Source: the human T2T-CHM13v2.0 reference genome, Homo sapiens
Assembly: GCF_009914755.1 (NCBI RefSeq)
Contig: NC_060926.1
DNA: 64,000 nucleotides
Direction: 5' to 3' (one strand)
This document shows, piece after piece, positions 1 through 21,036 of this stretch (the stretch's first letter is position 1; each line of letters starts with the position of its first letter). Under the pieces are notes generated by a model that did not search any database, had not been told where the DNA came from, and worked only from the letters and a program-made list of their open reading frames with translations. Both the position numbers and the translations under genes were made by a program.

Positions 1-216
1 CCATTAGGAATGAGACCCAATAACCGCCCCCCCAAGTTATTTTCCAAATAATCATTCTTTTGGCATTGATTTGAAATTCATCTCATCACTCTACCCTAAA
101 CAAGCATGCATGCACACATGGATCTATTTCAAAGTAATCTTGTTCAATGATCTACTCATACATTTTGAGTCCAGTACCACACTATTTTAATTGTCATAGT
201 AATTGTTTTAAAAAAC

Positions 217-768
217 TGAAACTGTGCTCCAAAAAGTTAAAGAAAGCAGTGACTAATGAAAATTCTTGAGTTTGCAGGATGGCAGATATGAAAAGAAAGA
301 ATTTGCAGAAAGAAATGCAGAAACTCTGTTCAAATTTGCAGAAAGAAATGCAGAAACTCTCTAAGATAACAAAACTGGCTGAAATCGGTTAAAACCAATA
401 TGGACTGCAGTCTGTGCAGAACAAGCTTGCTGACATCACAGCCCAAATTTCCACCACGCTTCATACTAACTCTCCCGCAATTTGCACATGCGACCCATCA
501 GGTGGCATGAAGAGATAGCTGTGCATGCTGAGGACTTCCCAGGCCTCCCCTTTTCTTCCACCAATTACTTAATAATCTCAAAATCCATCCCCTAAGGCCT
601 TTCTAATAAAAATTACTCCCTTAAAGCCAGCACAGGGAGATAGACTTGAGCTGGATTCCTGTCTCCTTGTTGGTTGACCTACAAAAAAAGCTTTTCTTTT
701 CTCAAAAACCTGGTGCCATAGCATTGGCTTCTACTGCATCAGGCAGTGAGTGCTTCTGCTCGGAAACA
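217..768 (+). mobile_element. Solo ERV LTR (LTR47-like)
   Basis: TG...CA termini (TGAAACTGTG...GGAAACA) and LTR-like U3/R/U5 text. It interrupts an old antisense L1M fragment. Subfamily assigned from memory. Confidence 0.7.
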
Positions 769-1889
769 ATATGGTTGAGCAAGTCCTCCTCCTCCGCTTT
801 AATTTTAGTTTTCCATTAATTTTCTGGTTTTTCTGGGAGCACTGCTTGAGCCTGGGAGGTCGAGGCTGCAATTAGCCATAGGCCACTGCACTCTATGCCT
901 GGGTGACAGAAAAGTACCATTTACTTTTCTGAGACAAACATCAAAATCAAGCTTTCAAGTTTTTTTTTTTTTTTTTTCAAAAGAGAAAAAAAAACCTGCT
1001 GGGATTCTGACCAAGAGTATATTTAATACACACATTAATTTAGGGAGAACTGACATTTTTATAATGCTGAGTTTTGCCCAGAAAAATCACGTCTCCATTT
1101 ATTCAAGACTTCTGGAAAAGTTTACAGTTTTCTTTACAAATGCTTTGTACATCCTTACTTACTCCCTAACTCATTCCATAGCTTTTCATTTCTCCTTTAT
1201 ATTTCCCATGTCTTGATTACTATAGGGAATTTCAGTGTTCTGGGCGACCATCTACGTTTTATATCCTAATTCATTTAGCGGTAGGTGATAGCCAATTATG
1301 CAGCTCACCTAGAACTATTTTTTCAATGACTTATTTACAAGACCATGAAATGGCTCCTTTTCACAGCAATCTGTTGTTTTAAGACTTCTGATAATCTCTG
1401 ATGGCTCACACCCTTTATCTCTTAAGGTTCTGAAAATACTCTTACATTCTTTGCACAACTTTAAAGTTCCCTTCCATAACTTAGAACTCTGCGACATGTT
1501 TTCTGGCTGATCCTTCTTCTTTGTACTGTCATTTTTGTTTGAAACATTATCTTACATGAGAGTTTCTCTTGCACTCACTTGTTCATTATGTGGTATCAGA
1601 ATTATTGCCTAAACTACATACTATAGGGTCAAATCTCCAAACCAGGTCTTTTATTAGTAGCTGGGGGAGCTCTTACATGGTTACTACAACTCAACCCCCA
1701 AAGCCTGAACTGCATAGGCCCCTTTTTGTTTGTTTATTCCTCTTCTAGCCATCTGTAGGTCACCTGGCTTTATTCCCAATTTACCCCCCTATGGATTCTC
1801 CCTCAACTCCTTGTACTCTAGGAACTCTCCAATCAACTACATAACCCTGTCTTTTTGTTTTCATTCTATCCTATCTATTATTTCTGTCT

Positions 1890-2480
1890 GGCCAAGTACA
1901 TGGGTTAAGCCTGCGTCTTACCTATTTTTGTACAAACTAGCTAAGAATAGTTTTAATATTTTTAAATGGTTCAAAAAAATAAAATTCAAACACATGAAAA
2001 TTATTTGAAATTCCTATTTCAGCACCCATAAGTAAAGTTTTACTGGAACATAGCAATATTTATGCATCATCTAATAACCATTTTCATGCTTTACCAGCAC
2101 AGTGGAGTGGTCGTGACCAAACCCATATGGTATGCAAAGCTTTAAATATTCAACAGCCTTTTGTACAGAAGACATTTGTCAACTCACACTCTAAAAATTT
2201 TCCACATATAGTCACTGTGCATTTAAAATGTGACTAGTTTGAGATCAGCTATATTCAAAGCTGACTTGAGATCAGCTATATTTCAAAAACAATATAAAGA
2301 AAAGAATGCAAAAATTCTCATTAGTAAGTTCCATATTGACTACATTTTGCAATATTTTGGATATGAGCTAAATAAAATATTCAAATTAATTTCACCTATT
2401 TTTTAATTTTTAAAAATGTGATTACTAAATAACTGCAAATTATATGGTACATATTATACATATTTCTATCGACTAGTCCT
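1890..2480. mobile_element. hAT-Charlie MITE remnants (MER58B-like followed by MER33/MER3-like)
   Basis: Recognisable consensus text (taaagttttactggaaca..., catttaaaatgtgactagt...). Confidence 0.6.
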
Positions 2481-2678
2481 TTTCTAAATGAGCTATTGGC
2501 CAGCTAAGAGGTGACCAGGCAAATTTGGATAAAAAAGATTGTCAATAATGAATTTGCTTAACTGTGGAATTGAGTTAAAATGTGGGGTCAATTTTGATAC
2601 ACTATGCTTTCTAGGTTTTCAAATTTATTTATATTAGGTTTCTCACACATGAAAGTTCTGCCACATCTTTAAAGATTA

Positions 2679-4765
<2,087 letters not shown>

Positions 4766-5387
4766 GAAAAATAAAAATTAGGGCTTAGGAAGCCTTATTG
4801 CACTAACACAGAAGAATATGACATTAAGGAAAGACAACCCCCTTCCATAGACTCTGATGTTGACAGTCTTCATACAAACTTAGACAAAATCAGACAGGCA
4901 TAAAAATGTTTACACAAATCTACACCTGATAAAATAAAATAAAACTATACATACATACTGCATCAATATCATATTACTGTTTTTGATACTGTACTGTAAT
5001 AATTTAAGTGTAGCCATTAGGGGGAACTGGGTAAAGGGTATAGGGAAGTTATTCCCATATTATTATTGTGGGAGGTAGTGGGGAGACCTAGTACAGACAA
5101 CATCATGTACCAAGCTTGAATTCTAGCAGATTAAAAGTCAAAGACCAAATAACTTCATGGAAAAAAATATTTTACAAAAAAATGTAAATGAACATACTGA
5201 CTTGATAATGGACACAAGTAAATTTGAATTTCCAAGTGTCTGACTTTCTCAACTTCACATTGGAGAAAAACTTATGTGATAATAACTTTTATCGAATTAC
5301 AGATTTTTATTTAATTAAACCAGTGATGCAAATAATAATCAGAAACAATTCCCTAGTTAATAAACACCTTTGTCATACAACCTATTA

Positions 5388-5600
<213 letters not shown>

Positions 5601-5842
5601 CTATTAGGGAAAATATTTAACACAAAGATTAGTGTCAAAATCTTTCATTTCTAATTAGAAATCTGAATAAAACATTTTAAACATTTTTTCTTTGGGAGGA
5701 CTTTCTCAAATACAGGACACTTTAATCAATAAAACATTTAGTACTCAAAAACCCCTACCATTCTTTTCAATGCCACATAGCACTTCAGGCTAAACCAGTA
5801 TACAGTTAAGAGGACCTTCTTAAAGAAAGAACATGCTTTTAC

Positions 5843-6113
5843 CTGCTGCTGGGAATTGTAGTCAAAAAGGCCTACAGTAGCTCCTGAAGAGTCCATTGGT
5901 ACCTGATTACCAGGATAGTCAAACTGTAAGGATTCCAGACCAACTTGTTCCATGGCATCCAGATTCTGAGTTTCAGGATTTGAAAATTCTTCAACAAGTG
6001 GTTTATTAGCTGTAGGATTAGGAAGAGGCCCCAGTCCTTCTGAGGGATTAGTATTGGGGCCCAAGCGCTCAACTACTTCAGTTGGAGAGGCTTGACGACT
6101 TCCAGGAGTACGA
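5843..6113 (-). CDS. PUM2: PUM2 exon 6, (N)[26 protein letters not shown]...LFDYNSQQQ, 271 nt
   Basis: Overlaps ORF 5738..6064. Acceptor TTTATGTAG|, donor CAG|GTAAAA, phase 2 to 0. Confidence 0.97.
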
Positions 6114-9029
6114 CTACATAAAGAAAATAGAAAAGCATTATGAATAAAAGTAACAAGTCAAATAGCGAAATGGGAAAATAGAAAAATCATGAAAAACAAA
6201 TGGTCATAAAACACAATGAATAAGGCATTCTGGGTCACTATGCCACCTTATCACATTTTTTTCTATTTAATATAACTTTCCTCTTAACAGCTGGCATGAT
6301 TTGAGGATTTTAAAAATATTATTAATGATTACTCCCTTCAATCTGAATAACATAAAGATATAATGCAATTTTACACATTAGAAAAACTGGCCAGTATCAC
6401 AACTTAGGCTTATACTACCTGAAATCTCTGTCTCAAGTCACAGTCACAAAGAACAGTGTATTAACAGCAGGTTATTAAGTGGCAAATATGAAAAAGCTCA
6501 AAACCAAAACCCACTTACCATACTGCTGTCCTGCCCTGCCAACACATAATTTTGCCATAACATCCTGCTTAATAATACTTAAGAAAAAAATCTGGCCATA
6601 AGAGATCATAATGGTCTTCATTATTTAAGGGGCCAAAATGTGGGATGCAACAGGAAAAGAGTACTATACATGATAAGTCAAAAGGCAGACTTCTGACTTT
6701 GTCTTTTAAATATGATTTTGAGCAAGTCATGTCATCTTTCAAGCTGCAGTCTTCTTATTGAGGAGACTTAAGAGATGACCTTTTGATTCCAACTAATAAG
6801 AACAAAAGCAACTATTTATGAAAGCCCTCTATGAAAGCCCTCCGAAGACCATGCTTATTATACCAAATAGTTCAGCTGAAACCATCAGAAAGAAATCGAA
6901 ATGTATGACATTTATCAAAACTTAAGTATACACAGCAAGAAAAGGATCTTTCTACATTAAAAAAAAAAAAAAGGACCTTACTACTATACAGCCTCCTTAA
7001 TTTTCACAAGGAATTCATTAACACTGGACTAAATTTTAAGCACTGGCTTCTCTTTTTATTAACACCTTCATGGTCTAAACTTACATTTCTAGCCCATTAT
7101 CAATCCTCATTTATAGCTTATCTTATACATAAATGTTTTATATAGGATCCTTTCCTTTGTAAGAAAGAGTTTATTGTTCAGAGTAACTATGCATTCACAG
7201 GATATTCAAACTTGAGTACATTAAGTAAATGGCAGTAACTGTTCTACCTGGCTTTTAATGCCAGTTGCTACAGCTAACTCTTCCCAACTTCAGGTGGTCT
7301 GAATTGGAATAAATTTGCTAACATATAGAGTAGTTTACAAAGCAATTTCTTGATTACAAGAATTGTTCTCTGTAGATATGTAAGCAAACTTACACTCACT
7401 TAAACATCAACCATTTTGTCCTTGCAAAATCAGAAGATTTCAAACTCCTTTCCCTTTAAGCCACACCTAATTTTGTACGTGAACATCCCAAAGGCTCTTT
7501 TTTCATTTGGAACATATGGAATGAAAAGATAAAACTAAAAGCATTTTCTTTAAAATCAGCCAATTTTTCTTTAAAAAATAAGTGTCCAATAGTTCTTTTA
7601 CTCATTTCTGTTCTACTCCAATAATGTATATATTGATGACATATTAGTTAATGTAGAAATTAATGATGTGCTGGCATAGTGACCGTATGACCACAGCTGT
7701 TGATTGTGTTAACACATTTTAATACTGTCAAGTAGTAACTAATACTGTATCTAAAATAATTAGTAATTTAAAAGATACCTAAAAACTTAATGGAATAAAA
7801 TTAGAATGCTAATAAATGTAAAGTCCACATTAATATTTCAGGGGAGACGTATAACCTCTCACACAAAGTAACTCGTATATAGCAAAAATAGAGGACATTA
7901 GGAAAAAAAGTAATGCTATCAGTGGTGCTATTTTCTTGCTATAGTTAATGGTGTATTAACACTTCAATTATAAATGTATACTCTGAAGGGTTTATCATCT
8001 ACTTAATTTTACATGCATTTCCTTTACTAAAACTTAGATTAGGTAATAGTGAAGAACAAACTCGAAATAAATTTCTAAATCTGAATAGCATTAAATGTAT
8101 TTCTTGTTAAAAGAGGTTTACTGGTTTTGGATGCTTTTTTGCACTCAGAACAGATAGAAATGGCACTGTTTTTAAGAAGCATTGTTACTTTGCTTTTGAT
8201 AATTAAAGGCAATAAATGTAAAAGTATACCACCCACCATATACCTAATACTTTTTTATGTAAGATTCCATGGTCATAAGACCTCAAAGAAACAACTCATT
8301 TTCAGATACAAGCTCCAAAGCACCTCATTATTGAAATACTACAGAAAATCAATACAAAGAAACAACTCCCTAATATATAGATAAATATATACTGTCTAAT
8401 CTAAGACCAAAGGCTAAAGTACTCATTTAACTGCCATAAAAAGACAACAAAAGGCTACAATGTAAAAAATTATGAGCTTAAAGCTAACTTTTAGAAGTCT
8501 CTAATATGTTCCCTATTTGCTATTTGCAGGAATAATCTTAAGTATTAGCACAAACTCATATATTTTAAGAAAGATTACTGCTCCTAAGCTAATTTTGTCT
8601 CCTCTTAAAAGTTAAATGGGAGGCAGGGCATATATACTCAGAAGGAAGAAAACTCCACTGAAAGGTGCTCAAAAGCACTCCCAAGAGGGGAAAAAAAAAA
8701 ATCAGAGTAAACCTACAGTTCACTAAAATTTAACAGAGAGGAAAAAGTTCAAATTTAGACTATTATATTACCAGAAAAGTAAGCACAGCTTCTAACATTA
8801 CTCCTTCAACAGAATGCACTGTTTCAGAGGCTGGTTTGAAGATTATTTTTTTAAAATGGTTCATAATCACAAATTTTCTTTATAGTAAAAAACTAAAATT
8901 TGTCCAGATTAACACAAAGTTCAAAGGAAATAAACCTAAATGATGAAAATGTCTAAATCAGTCACATCAACTAATAGTAATAATCCCTAAAAAGATACGC
9001 TTTTCTTCTTGAGAAAGTTAAAATCTTAC

Positions 9030-9199
9030 TTAAAATCTTTGCAATCGGCATCCATTCCATTTGGCAAACCTCTGCCATTTATTTTAGAATCATCATCATC
9101 TCCTTGTTTAAGATCTCTGTTTTGGTCCTCCTCAAATGGAGAAGCCTTGCCTTTTTGATCTCCTTTCTCAGGTCCATCTGTTTCAGCATCTCTAGTGCC
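9030..9199 (-). CDS. PUM2: PUM2 exon 5, GTRDAETDGPEKGDQKGKASPFEED...MDADCKDF(N), 170 nt
   Basis: Acceptor TTTTTCCTCAG|, donor TAA|GTAAGA, phase 0 to 2. Confidence 0.97.
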
Positions 9200-9771
9200 C
9201 TGAGGAAAAAGAATCTGTTTGATTCTGAATATTTAATAGAACACAAAAAAAAGGCACCATAAGGTGACCTAACACTACACTACAGTGCATGTAAACAATA
9301 AAAGCATTGAATCTTATTTAATTTCGTAGTCAATTAATTTATCAAAGGCCAAAAAATTGCGTACAAACTAGTGATTTATAACAGAAGGGCTAAGGCAACC
9401 TTAACTATAGCGGTGCTGGAAAAGCAGTTAACACCACAAACTAGATTAAAATTTTCTTTAATGCGTAGACGATTTTGTTTAGTTACTTTCAGATCAAGCA
9501 CTACCAGGAATAAGCAATTTTAATTTTACAGATTATGTTTAAAAATTAGTATGATTTGACTTTTGTAACATGGTTCAGATTATACATATTTCCAATGGTT
9601 CTATCATTTCACGTTTTTCAAGTGGCTAAGCAGAAGAATAGCAATAATAGTTACAAAATTTCTCTTAGCTATAGGAAGGGCACAGAAAAACAAATTGAAT
9701 TAAAAATAAAAGTAACGTAACCAAATAACTCTCAAGCAAATATTAAATATTTCTTTATTCAAAATACTTAC

Positions 9772-9959
9772 AAAATTTCCCTTCCTAAATCGAGAATCCA
9801 ATTTATCAGCAGGAGAAGAACTTAATACATATTCTACCATGCTCACACCAAGGCCTCCACTTTCTGATCGCGGAGACAGTATTGCATTTACTTCACTGTT
9901 TCCATGAAAACCCTGTCCAGATCTTCTCTGTACCATAATAGGCTGGGACATTGAATGGT
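9772..9959 (-). CDS. PUM2: PUM2 exon 4, (H)[16 protein letters not shown]...[10 protein letters not shown], 188 nt
   Basis: Core of ORF 9700..9981. Acceptor CCAAACAG|, donor TTT|GTAAGT, phase 1 to 0. Confidence 0.97.
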
Positions 9960-10103
9960 CTGTTTGGAAGAAAAAACACAATTATATACTTATACTTTTA
10001 AGTTAAACAAAATGTAGTTAAATTAATATACTGAAGTAAGAAAAATCAGCACATTGTTTTATTTTGAATGTTATTACTATAATCTTTATATAAAGCTCTT
10101 CAT

Positions 10104-10836
10104 AGGACACAAACAAATGGAAGAACATTCCATGCTCATAGATAGGAATAATCAATATCATGAAAATGGCCATACTACCCAAGGTAATTTACAGATTCAA
10201 TGCTATCCCCATCAAGCTACCACTGACTTTCTTCACAGAATTAGATAAAATTACTTTAAATTTCATATGGAACCAAAAAAGAGTCCGCATAGCCAAGACA
10301 ATCCTAAGCAAAAAGAACAAAGTTGGAGACATCACGCTACTTGATTTCAAACTATACTACAAGGCTACAGTAACCAAGACAGCATGGTACTGGTACCAAA
10401 ACAGATATATAGATCAACGGAACAGAACAGAGGCCTCAGAAATAACACATCTATAGCCACCTGATCTTTGACAAACCTGAGAAAAACAAGCAATGGGGAA
10501 AGGATTCCCTATTTAATAAATGATGCTGGGAAAACTGGCTAGCCATATGTAGAAAGCTGAAACTGGATCCCTTCCTTATACCTTATACAAAAATTAACTC
10601 AAGATGGATTAAAGACTTAAATGTAAGACCTAAAACCATAAAAACCCTAGAAGGAAACCTAGGCAATACCATTCAGGACATAGGAATGGGCAAGGACTTC
10701 ATGACTAAAACACCAAAAGCAATGGCAACAAAAGCCAAAATTGGCAAATGGGATCTAATTAAAGAGCTTCCACACAGCAAGATAAACTATCATCAGAGTG
10801 AACAGGCAACCTACAGAATTTGGGAGAAAACTTTTG
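10104..10836 (+). mobile_element. L1PA internal ORF2 fragment
   Basis: ORF 10160..10456 ([20 protein letters not shown]...[17 protein letters not shown]) is L1 ORF2p. No 3'UTR or poly(A). Confidence 0.93.
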
Positions 10837-11086
10837 GTTGAGACTAACTGGCTGGAGCACACATCTTGAAAATACAGACGGAAAGCGCCATTTGGCAATA
10901 AACATATAAAAACCTATGTTAAGAACAGTACAACCAAAAAGGTCAATAAAGGTAGAAATAGTATGCAAAGGATACTACCTAAAGGATCAGTTGCTTATAA
11001 ACATCATTTTAAAAAGTTAACCTCCTTTTGACAATTTATAACGTAACAATTCATAATATAAACCTTCAGGGATAAAACCTAGAAGA

Positions 11087-11720
11087 GGCTGGACAGCAGG
11101 GGCTCATACGTGCTATCCCAGCACTTCAGGAGGCTGAGAAGGATCACTTGAGCAGAGGAGCTTGAGACTAGCATGGGAAACATGATGAGTTCCCATCTCT
11201 ACAAAAAGTTTAAAAATTAGCCAAGCATGGCAGCACAGGTCTGTAGTCCCAGCTACTCAGGAGGTGAGAGCTGAGGGGGGAAGATTACTTGAACTCAGGA
11301 GGTTGAAGCTGCAGTGAGCCATGTTCACACCACTGTACTCCACTCTGGGTGACAGAGTGAGATCCTGTCTCAAAAAAAAAAAAAAAAAAAAAAAAAAAGG
11401 CCAGGGGCAGTGACTCACTCCTGTAATCCCAGTACTTTGACAGACTGAGGCGGGTGGACTGCTTGACCTCAGGAGTTCAAGACCAGCCTGGGCAAAAAGG
11501 CGAAACCTCATCTCTACTAAGAATACAAAAATTAGCTGGACATGGTGACGGGCACTTATAGTCCCAGCTACTAAGGAGGTTGATGAGGTGGAAGGATCAC
11601 CTGAGCCCGGGAGGTCAAGGCTTTGGTGAGCCGTGATTGTGCCACTGCACTCCAGCCTGGGTGACATGAGACCCTGCTCCCCACTGCAAATAAATAAATT
11701 AAAATAACAATAAAATAAAA
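11087..11720 (+). mobile_element. Two tandem AluJ-type elements
   Basis: Two Alu dimers, the second starting right after the first poly(A). Confidence 0.9.
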
Positions 11721-14161
11721 TAAACTTTCGATTTGGCAGAAACACTTCTCAAGTTCACAGTTACGCACTGGATAGATCAGAACTCACGACTATAACGCTA
11801 TAATCACAAATGAGTAAGTCCAGAAAAATCAGTAATACCACAGAATTTTCTATTCTTGGTTAAAAAAAAACTAAATTATCTTCTATCTTAAAATTTTTCA
11901 ATTTATTTTAAAACAAAATTATTCATTTGATATATTTTTTCTCCATACTTTTGCAATGAAAAGTAAAGGTAGTATTTAAGATCTGAGAGTTAATGGAATG
12001 CAAATATAGTAATACATTTGAGGCAACATTCAAATAGTTTTTGCTGGAAACTTTTTTGAAAGAACCGGTAAGCTACCAGCTACCTCTGGCTTGTTTGTGA
12101 CAGGTATAAATACTCAATATTTAAACTATTGAGGCTGAAATGTCATACTGGTAGCCAGTTATCATTTTATTAACTGTAATAATTTTGAAATGATGGCCAG
12201 GTTTGTTAAACCAAATCAAAACATTTCCATTTCAGTATGTGCATCCAGGAGATTAGTCATTATATCCTTTCTTTCAGTCATGTATCCGTTCATTACACAG
12301 TTGAAATATTGATTCATTCTCTTGTATGCTAAGCAATGAGCTATACATGAGGAATCCGAGAACAACACAGTTTGTCCTCAAGAGTACAGGTTTAATAAAA
12401 GGCAATTAGAATAGAAAAAAGTGCTTTAACAAAAATATAATCCATGATACTATGAGATCTGAAAGATGGGCATTCAAGTCTAACAGAGCTTAAAGGAAAA
12501 AGTAAAATTTAAGGAAAAAAAAAAAAAGCAAAAGTACGAAAGATGGGCATCAATCCTTCCAAGTCTTCAAATCAATGCCACCAAAGGAAGTGTGCTTCTT
12601 TTTTTTTTTTTTTTTGGTGGGAAGGTGCAGGGTCTCACTATATTGCCCAGCTGGTCTCAAACTCCTGGCCTCAAGTATCTGCCAGCCTTGACCTCCTAAA
12701 GTGCTGCAATTACAGATGGAAGTGATATTTCAGCTGATAAGGGTTAAAAAAAAGGTAACCAATGGGGAGGTGAGAGTGATAGGACATTTCAGTTACAGAA
12801 ACCGGCATGTTCAAATGCCAAGAAGTGCTGGAGAACATGATGAACCTGATAATCACAAGTAATGTGGTTCTGCTGAGAGGAAGTATGTCAAGTCTCCTGC
12901 AGTCATGGAAAGAGACTCTCTTAGAATGACAATTCCTTTAGAACAAGAAGGTGTTATGCATATTTTTATGTGTCTGGCATTCAATAAATGTTTGTTAGGT
13001 AAACAAAATTCCATTCATTTCTAATTTTCTCATGGTTTCTAGTAAAAGACAAACACTCATCTTCAAAATGTTATGAGAGTTGGGAGATGAGTGGTACAAA
13101 AAATTGACTGAAATAATAAATTTCACGGTTTCTCTATCATCCATCTTGAAATAATCTCTCTGTCATGGTGTGCTCAAGATGCTTTGCTTTTCAACACCTC
13201 AAAAAATCTTTGGTTGGCTGGGCATAGTGGCGCATACTTTTAATTCCAGCACTTCGGGAGGCTGAGGCAGGTGGATTGTTTGAGCTCAGGGGTTTGCGAC
13301 AAGCCTCGGCAACATGGTGAAACCCCATCTCTACCAAAAATACAAAAATTAGCCAGTCTTATAACCTGGTCTCAAAAAAAAAAAAAAAAAAAAACAAACC
13401 AAAAAACAAAGATAAAAACTTTTTTAAATCATTGGTTCTGATTCTGGTAAATAAACTGTGCATTCAACTTTCAAATCATGTCCATCAACCAAGTTACCAA
13501 GCACACATGCTCTCAGCAAGAAATATGCCTTTTGTAGGGAAGATGTATCCCAGTCCAAATTACTAAATATTTAAAATTATGAGTCTAACCTAATATAGGT
13601 TAATTCTAATTCAGAAAAACAAAAATTCCTTGAGGACAAGGGTCATATAATTTATCTTTATATTCTCCAAACCTGGCATATTATGTATCACATATTAGTT
13701 GAACTCAAAGGAAATTTATAATGTTTAAAGAAAATTTTTGTCTAAATTACTTGTTGCCAACATTTGCAACCTACTTTGTTGAAATCACCAACATTTTCCA
13801 GACTTCCTAACCTTTTAGATTTTAGCTTTTTGGCAATTATTTTATTTTAACAATGAAATTAAACATTATATAGAAGCATTAAATCTTCTAATATATTTTA
13901 ATGATTTAGAGAATAAGAAAATATCTCATGATTAACACTGGAAAAATAATGATAACTGGCTAATTATCATCCAAAAATTTGTTTTCATTATTACTTTGGT
14001 TATTCTGCAGAGCTTAAGCAAACTGTATTAACTTAAAAAAAAAAAAAGAAAATATTTGTAAAATATATGATCTAGCTGTACGCCTCTCAGATTTTACTAA
14101 CTGGAAACATTTTAAAATATAATCAGTAAAATGATATGCTAACTACTTTAATACAACTATG

Positions 14162-14748
<587 letters not shown>

Positions 14749-15084
14749 GCATTTAACTATGATCTTTAATTTGCCAACACTGTCACTCCTGCATGTTATA
14801 CTCCTTATACACCAGTTAATTTTCCCTTAACAGTTTCTTAGACCTAAGTCTCTCCCCACTACTTATGAAGTTGAAATCAAAACATTTAAAGATCTGCTCC
14901 CTTTCTGGGAGCTCTATCTTACCAAGACAGTCTACTTCCTTCCTGGGTGTGGCAAATATCTAATAAAGCTAGGCTGAGCTGCAATTAGATAAATCAGTCA
15001 CGATCACCTAGTACAATTTAAGACTAAAAATTTCTATGGTTAAATTAATCTATCCCCCATTTTAAATGAAAATACAGAATTTTA

Positions 15085-15751
15085 TTATTTTTAAACTTTT
15101 ATTCTAGATTGGGGGGGTACATGTGCAGGTTTGTTATATAGGTAAATTCATGTCACAGGGGTTTGGTGTACAGATTATTTCATTACTCAGGTACTAAAAA
15201 AAGTACCTGATGGGTATTTTTTCTGATCCTCTCCCTCCTCCCACCCTCTACCCTCAAGGAGGCCCCTATGTCTGTTGTTCCCCTCTTTGTGTCCCTGTGT
15301 TCTCGTCATAAGTGAGAACATTCAGTATTTGGTTTTCTGTTCCTGTGTTCGCTAAAGGTAATGGTCTCCAGCCCCATCCATGTTGCTGCAAAGGACATTA
15401 TCTCAATCTTTTTTTCATGGCTGCATAGTGTTCCATGGTGCATATGTACCACATTTTCTTTATCCACCCTAGTATTGATGGGCATTTAGGTTTTTCCATG
15501 GTTTTGCTATTATGGAATAATGCTGCTGCAAACATACACGTGTGTGTCTTATGGTAGCACAATTTATATTCCTTGGGGTATATATCCAATAATGGGATTG
15601 CTGGATTGAATGGTAATTCTGTTTTTACTTCTCTGAGGAATTGACACAATGCTTTCCACAATGGCTGAACTAATTTACATTTCCACTAGTAGTGTATAAG
15701 TGGTCCTTTTTCACCACAACCTCACCAGCATCTTATTTTTTAATAATAGCC
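15085..15751 (-). mobile_element. 5'-truncated older L1PA 3' end with target-site duplication
   Basis: ORF 15398..15661 is the L1 ORF2 C-terminus, followed by L1 3'UTR. TSD ACAGAATTTTA at 15074-15084 and 15752-15762. Confidence 0.9.
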
Positions 15752-16072
15752 ACAGAATTTTACAATCAATTAAAAAAAAACCCTTGATAAAATCTTACTG
15801 TGACAAACACTTCTAAAATTACATTTCTTAGCTGCCATTAAGAAAATGTGCATAGGGCTGGGTGTGGTGGCTCACGCCTACCATCCCAGCACTTTGGGAG
15901 GCCAAGGCAGGAGGATTGCATGAGCTCAGTTATTTGAGACCAGCCTGGGCAATAGCGCAAAACTATACAAAAAATGCAAAAATTTGGAGACTCACTCTAA
16001 AAAAAAAGGTGCATTATGACTTATAAAATGCTAAATATATTCACAATTCTCACACATATACCAGTAACTTAC

Positions 16073-16181
16073 GAGAAGCTCCCCATGCAGTCTCTCTCCA
16101 TTCATCATCCCCAAGAAATATGCCTTTTTGTCCATCTTTTGTTGAATCATCAGGTTCCCAAAACTTTTTGGTAGGCAAAAG
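16073..16181 (-). CDS. PUM2: PUM2 exon 3, [36 protein letters not shown](H), 109 nt
   Basis: Acceptor CCAAATAG|, donor CTC|GTAAGT, phase 0 to 1. Sequence matches PUM2. Confidence 0.97.
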
Positions 16182-17522
16182 CTATTTGGAGGAAAAATTA
16201 CAGTTAAATTTTATTCTAATTACAAAGAATTAATATATAAGAAGTCTCAAACATATCACTGCTATGTATACATTAGTTTTCAATGCTAATGAAAATTCAG
16301 AGTGACCTATTTTCTAAGCTGTTTTGTTAATAGTAAATTAACTCCCCATTTATTTTTGTGTGCTGGTGCTAGTAATTCTAGACCTTAAACAAAAATCAAA
16401 ATCTACTTCTGACTTTTCTTCACTTTTCATACATTTTTATTACAATGTAAATTTATTCAAAAGGCTTATTAAATTCCTTACTCAGTAACAGATTTAATAA
16501 GCACATCCATAGGAATGACTGAACTTTTCCCTTCACTTCCAAGTCCTCTCCCTAGACCACCTCCTATCATATCTTCTAGAATAGAAAATACTTTTTCATT
16601 TTTAACTCAGTTATTCAATGGAAGTGAAATTCACACCTCTTACTAGCTGCTGAGTACTATCTGTCAAACCCATAACAAAAAGCTATGGATGGTAGAAAAC
16701 ATGCATAGAAAAGAAACAATCTCAAGGCCCTGTGCTCTATCCTATACTGTGACATGCATAGCACATAAAAATTGTGTTGATACAATCATTCACTGATTAC
16801 TCAAAATGAACATTTTGGACAATTCTTATTCTTTAATATTCATTCATATCTCCCTACTGTCCCTGTCGCTTAGGAGGTGGCCAACTTGGATATGTTTGTT
16901 TGAGAAGAACAGACTGGTTTTCTGAGAAGTGAACTTAGCATTTTAAAGAAGCATTCATAAGACACCATCACTCTCAACTCTTAAGTAGGTGTCCAGTCTT
17001 TTCAGTGCTAACAATAAAACCTGTGTATACTTCTATTAAACTTATCACACTCAATTACCTATATGTTTACCTCTTAAGGGCATGGTCTGCTCACCTTTAG
17101 AGAGCTCACAAACATATAAACTATAATAAATATAACTCAGTAATACCTGAAATTGGTCTGAGATAAGATGTGTGTGTTTGTGTGTGTGACATAGTAAACC
17201 ATTAATAAACGCAAAACTTGAGAAAATGCAGTGTGTAGAATAGGGTGTAAGATGAAACATGTGGGAAGGTCAAAAGTTCATGCTAGCAAAGCTAACAGAT
17301 GCTGGCAGATCAGATTATGAAGACCCTTAAAGACATGCTAAGGAAGTTAGATGCTCTACTGAAGCAACAGGGAATAGAGAAGAGTTAGCAAGGGTGACAC
17401 TATGTACTACAAAAAACTCAAGTTGTAAGTTTTAAGAATAACAAATAGAAAGAACAAGGAGATGAATTTTGGCAATTTACAATAAGAGGGCCAAGAGAGC
17501 AAGAACTAAAAGAGGGTACTGG

Positions 17523-21036
<3,514 letters not shown>

